A DNA stretch of 63,432 nt, the filler included, from Chiloscyllium plagiosum (lineage: Eukaryota): NCBI RefSeq assembly GCF_004010195.1. It is 4 parts of one record of this genome, joined end to end, with 100 filler letters (N's around TTAATTAATTAA, not from the genome) between each part and the next. Parts side by side here need not be neighbours in the genome. Positions count along the whole stretch, not along the records: positions 45,438 to 58,696 come from NC_057717.1; positions 58,797 to 63,432 come from NC_057717.1; 2 more parts are not named here. One strand, given 5' to 3'. Positions 51,790 through 63,432 of this stretch are shown one piece after another. The first letter of the stretch is position 1. Every line of letters begins with the position of its first letter. A model generated the notes under the pieces. The model had not been told where the DNA came from and did not search any database. It saw only the letters and a list, made by a program, of their open reading frames with translations. The position numbers were made by a program, and so were the translations under genes.

Positions 51790-52570
51790 CCACCAATTTA
51801 ACTGTCGTGATGGGACTGAAGGACTAGTAAATAGTCAGATTGCAGTAATCCTCCTCTTAGCGGATTGGACATAGTTGAGTAACTTTCCACATTGCCAGGG
51901 AGATGTCAGAGTTGGAGCTGGATGAAACAGCTTCCCAAGGGGCACGGCTTGTTGTGCAGCACAAGTCTTCAATGCTATTGCAGGAATGGTGTTAGGGCCC
52001 ACTGCCTTATCTACAGTGTCCAGATGTTTTTTCATGTCACGTGCAGTGAATTGAATTGGTTGAAGACTGTCATCTGTGATTCTGTGGGCATCATGGCGAG
52101 GGTGAGGTGAATAATCGACTCAACACTTCTGGCTAAGGATGGTGCAGATACTGCATCTTCAACACTGACGTACAGAGCTGTTCCATTATTTACGGTGCAG
52201 ATATTTGTGGCGTCCTCTCTTCCATGAAGTTGTTTAATGGTCCATCGACTTTTATGCATGGATTTGACAGGCCGACATAGCTTAGATTTGATTTGTTAGT
52301 CTTGGGATCATTTCTCCCTCTGTATCAGATGTTAGTCCTGCTGTTTGGAGTGTAACCAGTCAAGTGTGGTCGCATTAATGGGTTGTCATCAGGTTTAGGT
52401 GCACGTGATTCACCCACACTCGTCACTGAACCATGGGTCGGCTTGATGGTAATGGTGGACTGATGGATTATCCTGAGGAAAAAGTTACAGATTGTCATTG
52501 AAAACAATTCTGCTTCTTCTGCTGCTGTGATCTGCAGCATCAGATGATAACCCAGTTTTAGCTGCAATAT
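51790..52570 (-). mobile_element. LINE ORF2 relic (second CR1/L2-group family)
   Basis: LDTVDKAVGPNTIPAIALKTCAAQQAVPLGKLF (cf. KAxGPDxIP...LK). Confidence 0.7.
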
Positions 52571-53181
52571 TTACAATTCAATTCTACTGACTGTTCCCCA
52601 TTTCACACGAGACCCATTCACCCATCAGCCCTGTATTCAGTGACCTACTCTGGTTTCTGATGCGGAAATACTTCCACTTTCATATTCTCATTCTGCTGGA
52701 AGTCTTTCCTTGGTGCCTCGCCTCCAAATTGTTGCATAACCTCAATCCATTTAAGGTACTAATCCGAATCTTCTCCTTTCCATAATGCCATCTTCTGTGT
52801 TCGAAGTGAACGTATTTCCCTCTGTTTTTCTCACTGACCATGATTCAGAGCTCTATAGTGTCAGTGCCAACCTTATGCAATCTCAGAGTCAACGAACGTC
52901 TGCACCATGCGTTATTGCTCAGTTCCCAGTGTACGGCCCTCCATGTTGGACAAGATGTTTGGGCATCTTTGACATACGTTATTGGAAATTGTTCAAAAAC
53001 AGAAATTGCTGAAGAAATTGCTAAAGATGTTGCAGCATTTTCTGGAGTGAATGCACAGTTAAACTTTCAGGTCCAGTTAAACTTCTATAAAGCTCCCAGT
53101 ATCTCCAGTAATTTTTGTGCTCTTATTTCCAGTATCCATAGTTATTTGTTTAATTGAAAATTTGTTCTGTGCCTATTCATT

Positions 53182-53270
53182 TCTGGAGAAACTCAGCAGG
53201 TCTGTCAGCGTCTGCAGAGATAGAGAAACAGAGGTAGCGTTCCCAGTCCAGTGTGACACCTCTTCAAAAC
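53182..53270 (-). mobile_element. Degenerate Penelope-terminus fragment
   Basis: CTGGAGAAACTCAGCAGGTCTGTCAGCGTCTGCAGAGATAGAGAAACAGAG...GTCCAGTGTGACACCTCTTCA; same family as 26138. Confidence 0.6.
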
Positions 53271-53789
53271 TGAATACAATTGCAAAAAGGTCTTTTAATC
53301 CCTTGCCCAGAAGAGGGGGATGGTTGGCATGGAAAAGAGGGTGTGGCAAAAGATAAACGGGCTTTTAGTAGTGGTGACTGAGAAGATTCTGTAAAACGGG
53401 TTTAAATTAAGGTGTGAATGGGGGAAACGGGTTCTCTCTATTGATTGCACGTTAAAGAAGACACAACCACACACGGTCATAGGGAGGCCAGGAGGGAGAA
53501 TGTTGACCATATGGTATTATATAGATCTGGCCACAGATACGTTTTCACTGTAGTGATCATCATCCCCTTTAGACAAAGGAATTCAGATGATTAACTTCTT
53601 ATTGGCACTAGTAAGTGTTTCATGCTGCCTTAGTATTGTACACGGAGAAAAACAAATAACTGTATGAAGTTTGGGCTGAGTATTGGCTACCTGTCATGTT
53701 TAATATAGTTTCACATTTAAAGTGCTTATCTTTAAATGCTTGTTCCTGAAGTTAATATCAGATGGAGTGTAGGAGGTTGTGGGCTGGCA

Positions 53790-55060
53790 TTGCAGAAGCT
53801 TATAAAATCATGAGAGGATTGGATAGGCTGAATAGCCAAGATCTTTTCCACGGGCTGGGGGAGTTCAAGCATAGAGGGAATGGGTTTAAGGTGTAAGAGG
53901 GAAGTTTAAAAGGGACGAAGGGACAACGTTTCTATACAGAGTATGGTGTGGGTATGGAATGGGCTGCCAGAGGAAGAGTGGTAGATGCGTGTACAGCTGC
54001 AACATTTAAAACTCGTTTGAACAAACATATGACTGGGAAAAACTTAGAGGCATATGGGCCAAATGAAAGCAGATGGGACTAGTATAGTTTGGAAAACTTG
54101 CCCAGCATGGACATTTAGAAAAGCTTTACATAGAGTCAGTGTGGTTTTGTGAAAGGGAAATTATATTTTTCCCTGTAAAATCATGCAAAGTACTTCTGGA
54201 GATGCCTGAGAATGTAACAAGCGGACTTGATAAAGCGGATCTGGTAGACGCAAAACTTTCCAGAGATTTTCCACAAGGTATTACAAAATGAAAGTTCTTA
54301 CACAAAACAGAAGCTCTAGGATGTCGGATACTGTATTAACATGGGATGATGATTGTTTAACACCGAAATCGGAGAGTCAGGATTAACGGATCTTTATAAT
54401 AAGGGTGTATCTGCTGGAGTATCACAAGTATCAGTCTGATGGCAATCTACAATTTTACAAATTTACAATCTATACTGATAGCCTGAAGTAGGGAGCTGAG
54501 TGCAGTATGCATCCGAGTTTGAGGATGACACTGAGAATCAAAAGCCAGGCTGTTATTTAATGGAGAGGAATTCCAGAAAAGGAGCAGTACAAAGGGATTG
54601 GAGCCTTCCTGTGTATAAAACATAAAGTCAGCATGCTGGTGCAGCAAGTAACTAGGTTGGTACATTAGGCGGCTTCCTGGGATGAAAGGGTTTAGTTATT
54701 GAGAATTTCTAAAATTGTGAGGCGATCATTCATTGGGGTTTAAATGAATGATGTGTGACGTTGCTGAAACATACAGGACACAGCAGGGCCTTGAGAAATT
54801 AGATGTTGAGAAGTTGTTTCCATTCTTGGGCAAAATGTATATAGATATCGAATAAGGAACATCAATTTCAATCTGAGATGCAAACCGATGTCTTCTCTCA
54901 GAAGGTAGTGAATGTCTGGAATTCCCTAACTCAGAGAGGTGTGGAGGGATACAAGGAGTCGGCAAGAAAGTGGAGTTGAGCCCGGGAGTAGATCAGCCAT
55001 GTTCTTATTAAATGACAGGGTTAGCTTGAGGGGCCGATTGAACTACTCCTGTTCCTATTT
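53790..55060 (+). mobile_element. Old CR1 fragments (two 3' ends)
   Basis: Degenerate YKIMRGLDR and TQRVV.VWN.LP coding sequence, with CR1 3'UTR motifs. Confidence 0.7.
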
Positions 55061-55840
55061 ATTAATTTCACATGTTATGCTTTTGGAAAGTAACGGGTTA
55101 TTTTCCTGGAAATCGTGTTATAAAATGTTGCATTCAAGGAGAGCAGAGGATTTGTTGTTTTAACCCTGGGTGCCGTATGGGGTTGTATTCCCAACGTATC
55201 TGGGGCTGCAATATGTCTCTCAACTGGAGCAGAAGTTACAGTGAGGGGAAGCCTGGAAACAGGGATTGGGGGTGGTGGGGGCACTTTCTGCCCAGCCTGC
55301 ATTTTACAAGTACATTTCTGCAACTGCACCTAACCATCGGAGTGGCCTCGATCTGCCCCTGTGTAGCAGACTGAAGGGCTGAATGGAACATCAGAACACA
55401 GGGCTGAGGAACACGAGGTGGCCATTCAGCCCTTTGACACTGCTACATCAGTAAATAAGGTCGTGGCTAATCTCATTGTGATCCCAGTTGCACTTTGCTC
55501 TCCATGCACCATTATCTGATTCACCTGTCTATGGAAAATCAGACAAAGCCAGCCTCGGTATAATATAAATATCTGACCGTCGCAAACTTCTGGGAAAGAG
55601 AATTCCCGCTGGAATGAAATACCACTTCGTGAATTTCTCCTAATTCCTGCTCTGTCTGAGGTTGGAGGGTGTCATTGTTTCTTTTTCTTGTCCCACCCCT
55701 CCACTGCTCACAACAAATTGTAAATGTAACCAAGTTGGTGATATGTCTGATGATAAAGTTCTCAGACTGGGTGCGGTTCCGTGACAGGAACAAGTCAGGC
55801 AGATTTCTTTAGTCAGCCACAAGTGACTAATATAACTAAT

Positions 55841-56198
55841 GGATGCACAGGGTGGATCCGAGGTTAGTACTGCTACCTCCCATCGCCATGGCGCTGCGTT
55901 CAATTCCAACCTCAGGCAATCCTCTATGTGGATTTTTAACATTCTCCCCATGTCTGTGTGGGTTTCTTCCCAGTGTTCCAGTTTCCTCCCACAGTCCAAA
56001 GCTATGCAGCTTAGAGTGTATTAGCCATGCTAAATTGCCCATACTGCCTAGGGGTGTGTAGGTTAGATAGGTTAGTCATTGGAAAATGCAAGGTTACATG
56101 GATAGAGTAGGGGAGCAGGTCCAGGGGGGATACAGTTCTGAGGGTCAATGTGGACTTGATGGACGGAATGTCCTGCCTCAACACTGTAGAGATTCTAT
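55841..56198 (+). mobile_element. Older HE1-type V-SINE
   Basis: Diverged head; CCCACAGTCCAAAG and GCCATGCTAAATTGCCC blocks; tail CACTGTAGAGATTCTAT. Confidence 0.8.
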
Positions 56199-56589
56199 AA
56201 AAATAACAAGTTTGGACGATACAAACACCCAGTGGGTATCTATCTGATCCACTCTCCTCTAGGTTTTGTATGTTTCAATGACATCACCTCTGATTCCAAG
56301 AGTAACCTGTTAAAGCCTTCATAATATAAGACCCTCATCACTGGAATACATGAAGTGAAACATCTCCGAACTGCTTCCAAATTAATTATATCCTTTCTCA
56401 GGTAAGGGGATAAAAATAATCTCTCACACAGTTGAGGTTAATTTTTGTTTTCCCAGTGGTGAGAGTATTTGGAACTCTCTTCCCCGCAGAGCATTGGAGG
56501 CAGAGGTATTGAATATTTTTGAGGCACAGACAGAAGATTCATAAGTAACAACAGAGTCAAGGATTATCCAGGAATGGGCAGCGATTTGC

Positions 56590-57045
56590 AGTGTCGGGGA
56601 AAATGTAGACAGTGGTGCAAAATCACACTGCTCCAGAACATTCAGAAAAACAGTTCTGTATCTTAATTGAACATGATGACGACTTTGAGAACAGGAGTCG
56701 GATGATGAATGTTCACATGGTCGGTCTGCTGGCCCAGACAGCAGGTGGTCAGCCAGGGAGTATTTTGTTGAGAACTGGCTGCAGCGATTCCTTCACTTCG
56801 AAACTGAAGAGGGATGGATGAAGACTAAGACTGTTCATCGGGTTACGGTGCACAGGCCAGGCTCAGACCAGCGCTCTCGCCCTGTCCTCGTGTGGTTACA
56901 TAGGTATGGGGATAAACAAAGACTAACGGAAGCTTTCAGAACCCAGCGGAAAGATCCAATGGCTTTAATTCACGGGCTCCAGGATTATGTCCTTTCGGGA
57001 CTTTTCAGCGGTGGTGATTCAGAAAAAAAATCGTTTGATGATATA
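56590..57045 (+). mobile_element. L1 ORF1 fragment
   Basis: DDFENRSRMMNVHMVGL and VHRVTVHRPGSDQRSRPVLV; homologous to 19022-19330. Confidence 0.8.
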
Positions 57046-57269
57046 GAACATAGAACATTACAGCGCAGTACAGTCTCTTCGGCCGTTAATGTTGCACCGA
57101 CCTGTCATACAAATCTGAAGCCCATCTAACCGACACTAATTCCATGTACTTCCATATGCTTGTCTAATGACGACCTAAATGTACTGAAAGTTGGCGAATC
57201 TACTACCGTTGCAGGCATAGCATTCCATACCCTTACTACTCTCTGAATAAACAAACATCTGTTCATCTG

Positions 57270-58696
57270 TTCTAAGTTTTGTGGGAACGAGAGAGACTCA
57301 CGTTTGGTATGTTGCCTCCCAGGTGCAAGGGTACGTGATGTCTCTGATCGTGTTTTCCGGGTCCTGGAGGGGGAGGGGGAGCAGCCCGAAGTCGTGGTCC
57401 ATATTGGCACCAACGACATAGGTAGGAGGAGTGCCGAGGATGTTAGACAGGCTTTCAGGGAGCTAGGAGAAGCACTGAGGATGTTAGGCAGGCTTTCAGG
57501 GAGCTAGGTTGGAAGCTCAGACTTAGAACGAACAGAGTTGTTGTCTCTGGTTTGTTACCCGTGCCACGTGATAGAGATTCGAGAAATAGGCAAAGAGAAC
57601 AGTTAAATGCGTGGCTACAGGGATGGTGCAGGAGGGAGGGATTCCGGTTTTGGGATAATTGGGGTTCTTTCTGGGGACGGTGGGACCTCTATAAACAAGA
57701 TGGTCTACACCTGAACCTGAGGGGCACCAGTATCCTTGGGGGGAGGTTTGCTAGTGCTCTTGGGGGGGGTTTAAACTAACTCTGCAGGGGCATGGGAACC
57801 CAGATTGTAGCTTCAGGGTGCAGGGCCTGGAGTGTAGGGAGGTTAGGAACATGGCATCAATTTCCAAGGAGCGTGTCTGTAAACAGGAAAGTGGCTTGAA
57901 GTGTGTATACTTCAATGCAAGAAGTATACGAAATAAGGTAGGTGAACTTGCAGCGTGGGTTGGTACCTGGGACTTCGATGTTGTGGCTATTACGGAGACA
58001 TGGCTAGAACAGGGACAGGACTGGCTGTTGCAGGTTCCAGGATTTAAATGTTGTAGTAGGGTCAGAGGTGGGGGTAAAAGAGGGGGAGGTATGACATTGC
58101 TTGTCAAAGATAGTATTACAGTGGTGGAAAGGACGATGGATGAGGACTTGCCATCTGAGGTAGTTTGGGCTGAGGTTAGGAATAGGAAAGGTGAGGTCAC
58201 CCTGTAAGGAGTCTTTTACAGGCCTCCCAATAGTCCTAGAAACGTAGAAGAAAGGATAGGGAAGGTGATTCAGGAGATGAGTGACAGTAATAGGGTGGTT
58301 GTTATGGGGGACTTTAACTTTCCTGATATTGATTGGGAAAGCTATAGCTCAAGTTCGTTAGATGGGTCAGTGTTTGTTCAATGTGTGCAGGAGAGTTTCC
58401 TGACACAATATGTAGACAGGCCAACAAGAGGTGAGGCCATACTGGATTTGGTTCTGGGTAACGAACCAGGCCAGGTGTTAGAATTAGAGGTAGGTGAGCA
58501 CTTTGGGGATAGTGACCATAATTCAGTGATTTTTACTCTCGTGATGGAGAGGGATAAGTATGTACTACAGGGCAAGAGTTATAGCTGGGGTCAGGAAAAT
58601 TATGATGCGGTGAGGCATGACTTAGGATGTGTGGCTTGGAAAAGTAGACTCCAAGGCAAGAGTGTAAATGATATGTGGAGCTTGTTCAAGAAGCAA
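57270..58696 (+). mobile_element. Relatively young CR1: ORF1 esterase and ORF2 APE domain, inactivated
   Basis: VVVHIGTNDIG, YKQDGLHLN, CVYFNARSIRNK, FDVVAITETW, VVMGDFNFPDIDW, SDHN; 41-bp duplication at 57436-57508 and in-frame TAA at 58205; an antisense CR1 tail lies at 57045-57250. Confidence 0.95.
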
Positions 58697-60804
58697 NNNN
58701 NNNNNNNNNNNNNNNNNNNNNNNNNNNNNNNNNNNNNNNNTTAATTAATTAANNNNNNNNNNNNNNNNNNNNNNNNNNNNNNNNNNNNNNNNNNNNTACT
58801 CTTTTCCAGATATAAACATTCATGTGAACAGCAGAGCAAGGCTAAAAAACACATTCCATTCTGGTTACATACAGATAAGAAGATTCACACGGGGAGGTGT
58901 GTAATAAGATTCACACGGGACTAAGCAACACCTCCATTCCGGTTAGATTCACACATGTATTGGGACATAATTTTTAACCGTTTCACCACATTCCACTGCT
59001 TGGCCCAATACATGTGTTACATTATGATTCACACATGTATTGGGACATAATTTTACACCACACCTTGACACCAAATTTGTTTCCTGTCAATAAGCAGATG
59101 CACACAGAAACACGCACACAACCCTCCATGACCACCCTGTCACCTGCAATTAAATAGATACATACAGAAATACACACAGATAACTCCAGCACTACCTGTC
59201 TCCGGTCATTAAACAGTTATACACTGCAACACACACACACATAGGTCCACCATCACACACGCTCCTGCAATTTCACAGGTATAAACAGAAATACACAAAC
59301 ATCTCGACACCACCACCCTGTCTCCATCCATTAAACAGACATACACAGAAACACACACACAACCCTCCACCACCACATTGTTTTCTGCCATTAAACAGGT
59401 ATACACAAGAACGCACACATACTCACGCACAACCCTTGAGACACAATTTGTATCCTGTCATTAAGCAGATATACACAGAAACACAAAAACAACCCTCCAC
59501 GACCACCCTGTCTCTTGCAATTAAACAGGTACATACAGAAATACACGCACAAAACTCCAGCACCACCTTGTCTCCGGCCATTAAACAGTTATACACAGGA
59601 ACACAAACACACACAACCCTCCATCAGCGCGCTGTCTCCTACGATTAAACAGATATACATAGAAACACGCACACACCACCCTCCACCACCGTTCTGTCCC
59701 TGTCATTAAACAGATATGCGCTGAAACACATGCACACCCAACCGTCCGTCACCAACCTGTCTCCTGCAATTAAACAGATATATACAGAAACACACACATA
59801 CTCCCTCCACCACCGCCCTGTCTCCTGTGATTAAACAGATATGCAATGTTCTCTCTATCCGTATCTCTCTACCACCTCCTTGTCCCCAGCACTTAAATAG
59901 ATATAGCAATGAAACACACCCGTATCTCTCTACCACCTCCTTGTCCCCAGCACTTAAATAGATATACACAGAAACACATACATGCACAGCCCTTCTACGA
60001 CCAACCAGTCTCCTGCCATTAAACAGATATACACAGAAACACATACACAACCCTCCATCACCACCCTGTCTCTTGCCATTGAGCAGATATACACAGAAAT
60101 GCGCACACAATCCTCGACCACCACCCTGTCTCCTGTCATTAAAAAGATAAACACAGAAACAAACACACACAAACTCTCGACCACCACCTTGACTCCTGCC
60201 ATTAAACAGATATACACAGAAACACATATACAAACTTGCACGTACACCCTGCCTACTGCCCTTAAACTGATATTCACAGAAACGCTCATACATACACAAT
60301 CCTCCAACACCACCCTGTCTCCTGCCAGTAAGCAACAGACACAGAAACACAGACACTCTACATTCCACCACGACACTGTCTCTTGCCAGTGATATACCCT
60401 GTCTTCAGCCCTTAAATAGATATTAACAGAAACACACACTCACACAAACCTCCAAGACCACCCTGTCTCCTGCCATTGAGCAGATATACACAGAAATGCA
60501 CACGCACCTTACCCTCCAACACCACCTTGTTCTCCTGCCATTGAGCAGATATATATATATATATAAATACACACACGCAATCCTCTATCACCACCCTGTC
60601 TCCAGCCCTTAAACAGATCTACACAGAAATGCACCACTACCCTATCAACTACCATTAAATAGACATGCACAGAAAAAAATCACACACACATAATCCTCCA
60701 CCAACACTCTGTCTCCTGGCATTAAACAGATATGCACAGAAACGCACAAACAAGCTTCCACGACCACCCTGTCTCCTGCAATTAAGCAGGTACATACAGA
60801 AATA

Positions 60805-60985
60805 GGCAGCATCCAGGGAACAGGAGATTCGACATTTCGGGCACAGGCCCTTCTTCAGGAATGAAGAAGGGCCTGTGCCCGAAATGTCGAATCTCCTGTT
60901 CCCTGGATGCTGCCTGACCTGCTGTGCTGTTCCAGCAATAAAGTTTCAACTTTGATCTCCAGCATCTGCAGACCTCACTTTCTCC
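60805..60985. mobile_element. 181-bp Penelope-terminus insert with perfect 54-bp inverted repeat and 13-bp TSD
   Basis: Arms 60804-60857 and 60862-60915 are exact reverse complements (loop GGAA); TSD ACATACAGAAATA at 60792-60804 and 60986-60998. Confidence 0.93.
60827..60862 (-). ncRNA. Putative minimal type I hammerhead ribozyme
   Basis: Minus strand ATTC-CTGAAGA-A-GGGC-CTGT-GCCC-GAA-ATGT-C-GAAT: stem I ATTC/GAAT, stem II GGGC/GCCC, GUC triplet. Confidence 0.7.
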
Positions 60986-61656
60986 ACATACAGAAATACA
61001 CACACAAACCTCCACGACCACCCTGTCTCCTACCCATAAACAGATATACACAGCAACACATACACAAATCCTTCCACCACCACCCTGTTTCCTGCAATTA
61101 AACATATATACACAGAAACACACACACCATCTTTCTCCACCAAATAAACAGATATANNNNNNNNNNNNNNNNNNNNNNNNNNNNNNNNNNNNNNNNNNNN
61201 NNNNNNNNNNNNNNNNNNNNNNNNNNNNNNNNNNNNNNNNNNNNNNNNNNNNNNNNNNNNNNNNNNNNNNNNNNNNNNNNNNNNNNNNNNNNNNNNNNNN
61301 NNNNNNNNNNNNNNNNNNNNNNNNNNNNNNNNNNNNNNNNNNNNNNNNNNNNNNNNNNNNNNNNNNNNNNNNNNNNNNNNNNNNNNNNNNNNNNNNNNNN
61401 NNNNNNNNNNNNNNNNNNNNNNNNNNNNNNNNNNNNNNNNNNNNNNNNNNNNNNNNNNNNNNNNNNNNNNNNNNNNNNNNNNNNNNNNNNNNNNNNNNNN
61501 NNNNNNNNNNNNNNNNNNNNNNNNNNNNNNNNNNNNNNNNNNNNNNNNNNNNNNNNNNNNNNNNNNNNNNNNNNNNNNNNNNNNNNNNNNNNNNNNNNNN
61601 NNNNNNNNNNNNNNNNNNNNNNNNNNNNNNNNNNNNNNNNNNNNNNNNNNNNNNNN

Positions 61657-62215
61657 CAGAGAGTTGTTGAGGGATACGGGGAATTGGGTAGAAAAGTGGA
61701 GTTGAGCCCAGAAGTACATCAGCCACGTTCTTATTGAATGAGAGTTCAGGCCTGAGGGGCCGAATAGCCGACTCATGTTCCTACTTCTTAAATTTTTACG
61801 TTATGTTTTTGGAAAGTAATTGGTTATTTTCCTGGAAGTCGTCTTGTACAATGTTGCATTTGGGAGAGGAGGAAATTTGCCCGAGTTAACCCTGGATGGG
61901 ATATGGGGGCTGTATTCTGAGCAATTCCAGAGCAGAAGTTACAGAGTGGGGAAGCCTGGAAAAAGGGATTGCGGCTCGGGGTCACTTCCTGACGAAGCCT
62001 GGAATTTCCAAGTGCACTTCCGAAACTACACCTAACCATCGGCGTGATCTCAATCTGCCTGTGTGTAGCAGGTCCAGAGGGCTGAATCGAACATCAGAAC
62101 AGAGGGCTGAGGGACACGAGTGGGCCAATCGGCCTTTTAACACTACTCCACCAGTAAGTAAGGTCATGGCTCCTCTCATTGTGCTCCCTTCTGCACTTTT
62201 CTCTCCATGCAGCAT
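61657..62215 (+). repeat. Diverged direct copy of 54930-55510
   Basis: Collinear blocks AAAGTGGAGTTGAGCCC, TTTTGGAAAGTAA..GGTTATTTTCCTGGAA, GAGCAGAAGTTACAG, CACCTAACCATCGG, AACATCAGAACA.AGGGCTGAGG. Confidence 0.9.
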
Positions 62216-62219
62216 TTTT

Positions 62220-63432
62220 TTCTCTCTTCACAAAAAGAGCGGGAGCAGCAGAGGAAGTGACGGCAAACAGAGGGGCAGCCGGAAAGGAGAACTGTGAGTA
62301 TAAATACTCACCCTTTAATCACCAACGGTCATTTGAGTGGGAGCAGCGGAAGTGAGGTTGGAGCGCATAGCTGGGCGGGAAGGTAAGTGATTAGTATTTG
62401 AGTGGGTGTGTTCTAGACCCCAGGTCCTACTTCCGTAGGGCCTCCCTCCCACCCTCCTCCTGTAACCTAACTTTAAAGTCCACAGGTAAGTGACTCAGAT
62501 TTATTGACTCAGTGTTCTTGTTTTTGGAGAAAGTGTACAGTCATGGCAGCGCAGGCGGTGGAATGTTCCTCCTGCAGGATGTTTGAGGTAGGGGTGACCA
62601 CCGATACTCCTGCCGACTTCGTCTGCAGGAAATGCAGTCAGATCCTGATCCTCACTGAACGAGTTAGGGAACTGGAACTGGAGTTGGATGAACTGAGGAT
62701 TATTCGAGAGGCTGAGAGGGTGATTGATAGAAGCTACAGGGACATAGTTACGCCGGAGAACAGATGTAGCTGGGTAACAGTTAGAGGTGGGAAGGGGAAG
62801 AAGCAGGCAGTGCAGGGTTCCCCTTTGGTCGTTCCCCTAAAAAATAAGTATACAGCTTTGGAAACTGTTGGGGACAGCGTTGCAGGTGTAAGCTGCAGTG
62901 AAGGGGTCTGTGGCTCTGAGACTCAGAAGGGAAAGGGGGAGAGGAGGAGAGCGCTAGTTATAGGGACTCTCTAGTTAGAGGGACGGACAGGCGGTTCTGT
63001 GGACATGGGCGAGACTCACGGATGGTTTGTTGCCTCCCGGGTGCTAGGGTCTGAGAAGTCTCAGACCGTGTCTTCAGAATCCTTAAGGGGGAGGGTGTGC
63101 AGCCAGAAGTCGTGGTACACATTGGCACCAACGACATAGGTAGGAAGAGGGGTGGGGAAGTCATTCAAGAGCTCAAGGACTTAGGCTGGAAGCTAAAAGC
63201 TAGGACAGACAGAGTCGTCATCTCTGGGTTGTTGCCGGTGCCACGTGACAGTGAGCAAAGAATAGGGAGAGAGTGCAGTTGAACACGTGGCTGCAAGGCT
63301 GGTGTAGGAGGGAGGGCTTCAGATATTTGGACAATTGGACTGCATTCTGGGGAAGGTGGGACCTGTACAAACAGGACGGGTTGCACCTGAACCAGAAGGG
63401 CACCAATATCCTGGGGGGTAGGTTTGCTAGCA
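62220..63432 (+). mobile_element. CR1 5' end: 5'UTR and ORF1 (ATG 62543; zinc finger, coiled coil, SGNH esterase), frameshifted, runs off the window
   Basis: MAAQAVECSSC...FVCRKC, ERVRELELELDEL, ALVIG|DS frameshift at ~62965, VVVHIGTNDIG, YKQDGLHLN. Confidence 0.95.

Larger units (their letters stand above)
59090..61156. repeat. ~60-bp AC-rich minisatellite (ATTAAACAGATATACACAGAAACACACACACAACCCTCCACCACCACCCTGTCTCCTGCC-like)
   Basis: ATT(A/G)A recurs at ~60-nt spacing (e.g. 60018, 60078); units are diverged. Confidence 0.92.

Noticed and set aside
59209..60594. Cys/Val-rich ORFs up to 221 aa
   Set aside because: Translations of the 60-bp AC-rich satellite.
57270..63432. An intact active CR1
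   Set aside because: The two pieces are separate copies, each with frameshifts or stops (57436-57508 duplication, TAA 58205, frameshift ~62965, TGA ~63052).

Overview
Vertebrate nuclear DNA, almost certainly an elasmobranch (shark) draft scaffold, inferred from HE1-type V-SINEs, dense CR1 LINEs and N-gaps. It contains one convincing host gene: a two-exon class A GPCR of the GPR139/GPR142-like group, join(33938..34004,34826..35721), 320 aa. Its first exon and TM1 are missed by the ORF track. The rest is mostly repeats. There are three minisatellite arrays: a 36-bp unit at 1-6160 with two orientation switches and a kb-scale mirror structure, a 34-bp unit at 20253-22550, and a 60-bp unit at about 59090-61156. 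There are many decayed CR1 copies, an internally deleted L1, a Vingi/Ingi-like RT relic, two Penelope-like (GIY-YIG) relics, six HE1 SINEs and a decayed tRNA-Gly locus. The most notable structure is a set of about seven short (90-220 bp) Penelope-terminus-derived inserts. Most carry a recognisable minimal hammerhead-ribozyme core (CUGANGA-A-stem II-GAA-palindrome-H); three cores look near-intact, three inserts are head-to-head hairpins and three are flanked by target-site duplications. Repeat boundaries were read by eye and are approximate to tens of bp. Family names come from motif recognition, not database searches.
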